A program made the translations under genes and the position numbers. Source: Felis catus (Eukaryota). Taken from it: 64,000 nucleotides of DNA. This document shows positions 60,310 through 64,000 of the stretch, one piece after another (the stretch's first letter is position 1; each line of letters starts with the position of its first letter). The stretch is from NCBI RefSeq assembly GCF_018350175.1, contig NC_058369.1, forward strand, positions 27,158,001-27,222,000, given 5' to 3'. The notes beneath the pieces were generated by a model. The model ran no database searches and had not been told where the DNA came from. It saw only the letters and a list, made by a program, of their open reading frames with translations.

Positions 60310-62090
60310 TCTTCTTTTTTTTTAAAAAAAATACCTTGAAATGGTGAAATAGCATACTTGGCAGTCAGGATCTACAACATATACTTTAAGTCAGAGGAAA
60401 CTAAGCACTCCTGGACTCTCACCCAGTTTAAGAAAAAGAACCACCTGATGGCCACCGTCTGTTCCCAATGACCCCCTCCCCAGTCATGCCACCTCCCTCC
60501 CACAGAGGGCACTCTCTGAATTTGGTGCAATCACTTCATTTTTAAGAGCTTTTCTCAACATCTCTGCAGTTGTTCAGTACATTTTTAACATTCACTATAG
60601 CTTTTCATTGTATAAATAAGCCACAACTGGCTTAACCACTCTAACATTGATGGAAGCACGGGCCATTTCCAGTGTTTGGTATCACAGATGAGGCTGGTAT
60701 ACACATGGTTGTGGCTGTTGGTGTATGACACGTGCAAGAGTTCTCTCAGGTGTCTAAGTGATCTCTAGTGTGTGTCCATGTACCATCTACCTGCACTGTC
60801 TAATGACAAATTGTATTCTAAAGTGGTTGTACCAACTTTTACCCCCCACCAGCCATAATGAGCACTCCCACTGCTCCATATGCTGGCCAATAGCAGATGT
60901 TTTTAGAGTCCTGTTTCGATAATCTGATAGCATTAAGGATATTTAATTGTGGTTTTAGTTTGTAATGCATTTGGATTGTTTCCAAGGTCAAATATCTTAT
61001 GTTGGCTGTTTGTATCTTCTGTGAATAAACTTCTTCGTGATCTTTTTCATTTTCTGTTGAGTTTTGTTCTTTGTATTAACTCCTAGCTCTATATATATTC
61101 TAGACCAACGCTGCCCAATAAAGCTCTAATGCAGGTCACTATTGTAATTTAAAATTTTTCTAATAGTCACATTTAAAAAAGTAAAAAGAAACTTGTAAAA
61201 TTGATCATAATTATTATTTCATTTAACTTAGTTTATATTATTTATCCAAAAATATCCAAAATAATTATTAATGAAGTCTTTGGAATCTGCAGGGTATTTT
61301 AAACTTAGAGTAAATAGCAGTTCATGCTGGCCACATTTTAGTTGCTCCGTAACCATGTGTCTCATGGCCGCTGTCTAGAGGCTGTTCCCTTGTCTGTCAT
61401 ATTTTCTTCCAACCTGTAGCTGTATTGTTGCTTTTTGTGGCTTCTTTTATGAACAGAATTTTTATGAACAGAAGTTTTCCACTTTAACATAGTCACATTT
61501 GACCAGTCTTCATGCTTTAAGTTCCAGTATAGTTAACATACAGTGCTATATTAGCTTCAGGTGTACAATGGAGTATTCAACTTGTATACAGTGCTCATCC
61601 TAAGTGTGCTCTTAATTTCCTTCATCTTACTGCTTTTTTGCATTTTAGGAAATCCTTGTCTAGACTAAGGGTATTAAAATTTTATTTATTTTTTGTCCAG
61701 AAGGTTTAAATGTTTGTCCTTTACATGTAAGGTCTTAATGTGTATGGAATCCATGTTTGTGTATTTTTGTGATGGTTTGTAGTTCACTTTTCCATATTGT
61801 CACCCATCTGCCCTTATTGAATAGCCTTTTTTGTCCCCCTGTTCTGCCAGCCCCATCAACTTCCCATCAGAGAGCCTGTCAGGTTTTGGACCCGTTCTTC
61901 TCTTCCATTTGTCTATTTGTCTACTTCTCAAATGCCACACTGTCTTCATTTTTCTTATAGCTACTAGAAGCCTTGTTATTTGATGGGGCAAGTCCCTTGG
62001 CTTCTTTCTTAAAAGTTTCTTGGTATATTTGGCCCTTTGCTTTCAGATTTTCAATATCGAAATCGGTTTGTCGTGATGTGTGAAAATCCT
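60310..62090 (-). mobile_element. Old L1M(E) fragment, interrupted by MER33 and a short carnivore L1 3' end (~61515-61625)
   Basis: aaagtggttgtaccaac...ccaccagc; tttaattgtggttttagtttg; ttattgaatag; ttcttgg...ttggccctttgc. Confidence 0.65.
61106..61372 (+). mobile_element. MER33-like hAT MITE
   Basis: caacgctgcccaata...tttaaaatttttctaatagtcacatttaaaaaagtaaaaagaaac...gccacatttt. Flanks ttctagac/gtctagag. Confidence 0.75.
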
Positions 62091-62290
62091 CTGGTGGCCC
62101 TTCTGTTCACACGGAGGTGTTACTTTGCCTCTCTGGCCTGTCTTTCCGTCTGTAAAATGAAAGCAGCATGGTGTCATTTTTACAGGATTGTTTTGAGGAT
62201 TAAATCAAATAATGCATGCAAAGGTCCTAGCATAGTACCTGGCACATGTGAAATTCTCAATAAGTAAAATGAGTAGTTTTATTATTTTTA
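62090..62290 (+). mobile_element. MIR SINE
   Basis: tctgtaaaatg...ggattgttttgaggattaaatcaaataatgcatg...tagcatagtacctggcacat. Confidence 0.8.
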
Positions 62291-62677
62291 GAGTGGAGAG
62301 GTGGCCAGCCTGTTGTGGAGGATGCTGGGATCCTGAGAGGAAGGCTGGCTTTTAACTGTGTGGGCTGTCGCACAGGAACTGTATTCTTATTACTACCTTG
62401 TCCTCACGTTTTGATGGAGGCTTTTGTGCTTAATGCTAGTAATGTGTGTGTACCACCCTTCACGCTTAAAGGGTTTTCACTCGGTCATATTTGGATTGTT
62501 CAGGAAACTTGAACAAGTAAGCTTGCACATATTTGGAAATAGACTGGAGCTTCAGTTGAGTCTGGGAAGCTCTATCAGGACACTGGGGTGAGAGGTAATG
62601 AGGACCAGAATCTTCTACTCCACCACCTACATGTCAGCTATCATGCAGGATGATAACCCGCGGAGGTAGAGGTGAGG

Positions 62678-62866
62678 TAGGATTGCCAGAGAAGATGTAG
62701 GACATTCAGCTCCATTGGAATCTCAGGTAAACAATGAGTAACTTTTTTTTTTTTTTTTTTAGTATTAACTATGTCCCAAATATTGCATGAGACCTACTCA
62801 TATTAAAATTTATTCACTTATCTGAAATTCAAATTTAACTGAGCATCTTAGGTGGTTTTTGTTGTG

Positions 62867-62901
<35 letters not shown>

Positions 62902-62931
62902 TTTTTTTATCAGCTAAAACTGGCAACCCTA
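62678..62931. mobile_element. MER53 palindromic hAT MITE
   Basis: TIRs taggattgcca.../...tggcaacccta. Centre tagtattaactatgtcccaaatattgcatgagacctactcata; ttatctgaaattcaaatttaactg. Flanks ggtgagg/ggtgggg. Confidence 0.85.
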
Positions 62932-63259
62932 GGTGGGGGACATTGTCATTCCTTCTACGTGTTATGACTGTACTCTAATAATTTAGTGCATACATTGTCT
63001 TTCAATGGCGTGCAGTCTAACCTCTTCTTTTGGCAAATGTGGAAACTGAGATCCAGAGGTTCAGAGCTGGTTAAATGCAAATTTCGGATGATTCTACATC
63101 TCGTGTTCTTCCTAATGCTTCTAAATGTGCAAAAGGACACAGTCAACTTTTCATTATTCTCATCCTGGAGAGGTAAAGACCTCTACCACCACTGACCTTC
63201 AGTCATGTGCAGGTTCTGTGACAGGCCCTGGCCACCGGGCCAGTATCTGGTCACCCAGG

Positions 63260-63700
63260 TGTGAAAGGCTCAGGATTCTATAAAGTTTCATGCTGATCTG
63301 GAGTTTGAAGGGCATAAGGGTAAATGGCCCACATTTGAGGGCCTCTGTTGGAATGATTGCTTTGTCAAAGCCTTCAGTTACTATAGTGCTAGGGATCAGA
63401 GAGGCAGATAAAAGCAAAGAAATCTTTAGATTAAAAAAAAATGATGAAGGGGAAGGAAAGATGAACAGATAGGAAGAGATACTGCCACTTCGTGGCATCT
63501 GGAGGGACTGGAGGACATAATGGTGGAGAAGGGCTCCACTGGGAGAGTCAAGTGGGATAATAAGATTTAATATCAGAAATTTTTTTCCCCTAAAATGAAG
63601 AGCCTTAGCCTGAGAAAGGGCTCCCAGGGGCCTCTTTGATGAAGAGTCCCATTGCTGGAGTCGTTTAAAGCCAGAACTGAGCAAAGCAACGGAAAGTGAA
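63260..63700 (+). mobile_element. Ancient CR1-clade (L3-like) LINE ORF2 C-terminal fossil
   Basis: Colinear peptides TGGHN (63507), RFNIRNFFP (63563), GLP (63618) and VPLLESFKAR-LSKA (63646), compared with the CR1 consensus TRGH..RxxIRKNFF..WNxLP..PSLExFKxRLDK. The 5' boundary is uncertain. Confidence 0.65.
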
Positions 63701-64000
63701 CTGAAGGAAAGCCTCCCCTGAATATCTTTTGGGACAGCCTTGATAATCTGATCGGTCTTTCTTTTCTCCATGCCCGTGAATCTCTGGTTCATATGAAAAC
63801 ATAATGGTTAAAACTCTCAGGGAACCAGAAATTGAAAATTTAATTGAAAGTAATTTTCATACAGTGAAGTATGGTTTAGAAATTCAGTGTGCGTGTGCGT
63901 GTGTGTGTTTTAATCCAGGATAGTGTGAGCAATGAGTCTTCAAATCCTCACCAGGCCAAAGCTTTGTTTCTACCTTGCTGAGCTGTTACTGTTCCTCACC

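Noticed and set aside
63199..63792. 197-aa minus-strand ORF
   Set aside because: No recognisable domain, Ser/Leu/Phe-biased, and antisense to a CR1 fossil. Most likely chance.
1..64000. Naming the host gene, or inferring its strand from L1 orientation
   Set aside because: No recognisable exon. L1s are mostly minus-strand, which would fit a plus-strand host, but several old copies are plus-strand, so the evidence is too weak.
1..64000. CRISPR array, prokaryotic system or endogenous viral gene
   Set aside because: No repeat-spacer array, operon-like ORFs or gag/pol/env/non-retroviral viral peptides were seen. The LTRs are solo or fragmentary.

Overview
Mammalian, specifically felid (cat-like), genomic DNA. 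The diagnostic elements are many tRNA-derived Can-SINEs, including four very young SINEC_Fc-type copies with perfect TSDs, and carnivore/felid L1 3' ends. I cannot recognise a host protein-coding exon, RNA gene or CpG-island promoter, so the window reads as intronic or intergenic, and I cannot name the locus. Most ORFs in the supplied track are repeat-derived or chance. The rest of the window is old eutherian repeats (L1M, L2, MIR, MLT/MaLR and ERVL LTRs, and hAT MITEs MER3/MER33/MER58/MER53), microsatellites, and several repeat-free motif-rich blocks that may be enhancers. I found no convincing new biological system. The most notable signals are: (1) a ~1 kb fossil RTE-clade reverse transcriptase, visible only as a colinear chain of frameshifted motifs at 7.3-8.3 kb; (2) a perfect 48-bp spacer-less palindrome heading a run of fold-back hairpins at 51.7 kb; (3) a twin-primed (5'-inverted) L1 with a 15-bp TSD at 31.8-32.6 kb; (4) a ~110-bp non-TE dispersed duplication with reciprocal CpG decay at 48.4/49.7 kb; (5) a nested palindrome/tandem repeat at 21.7 kb; (6) a CR1 ORF2 C-terminal fossil at 63.5 kb; (7) a MER53 copy retaining the miR-1302 seed. 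Subfamily names come from recalled consensus sequences, not from a database run, and boundaries of old elements are approximate.
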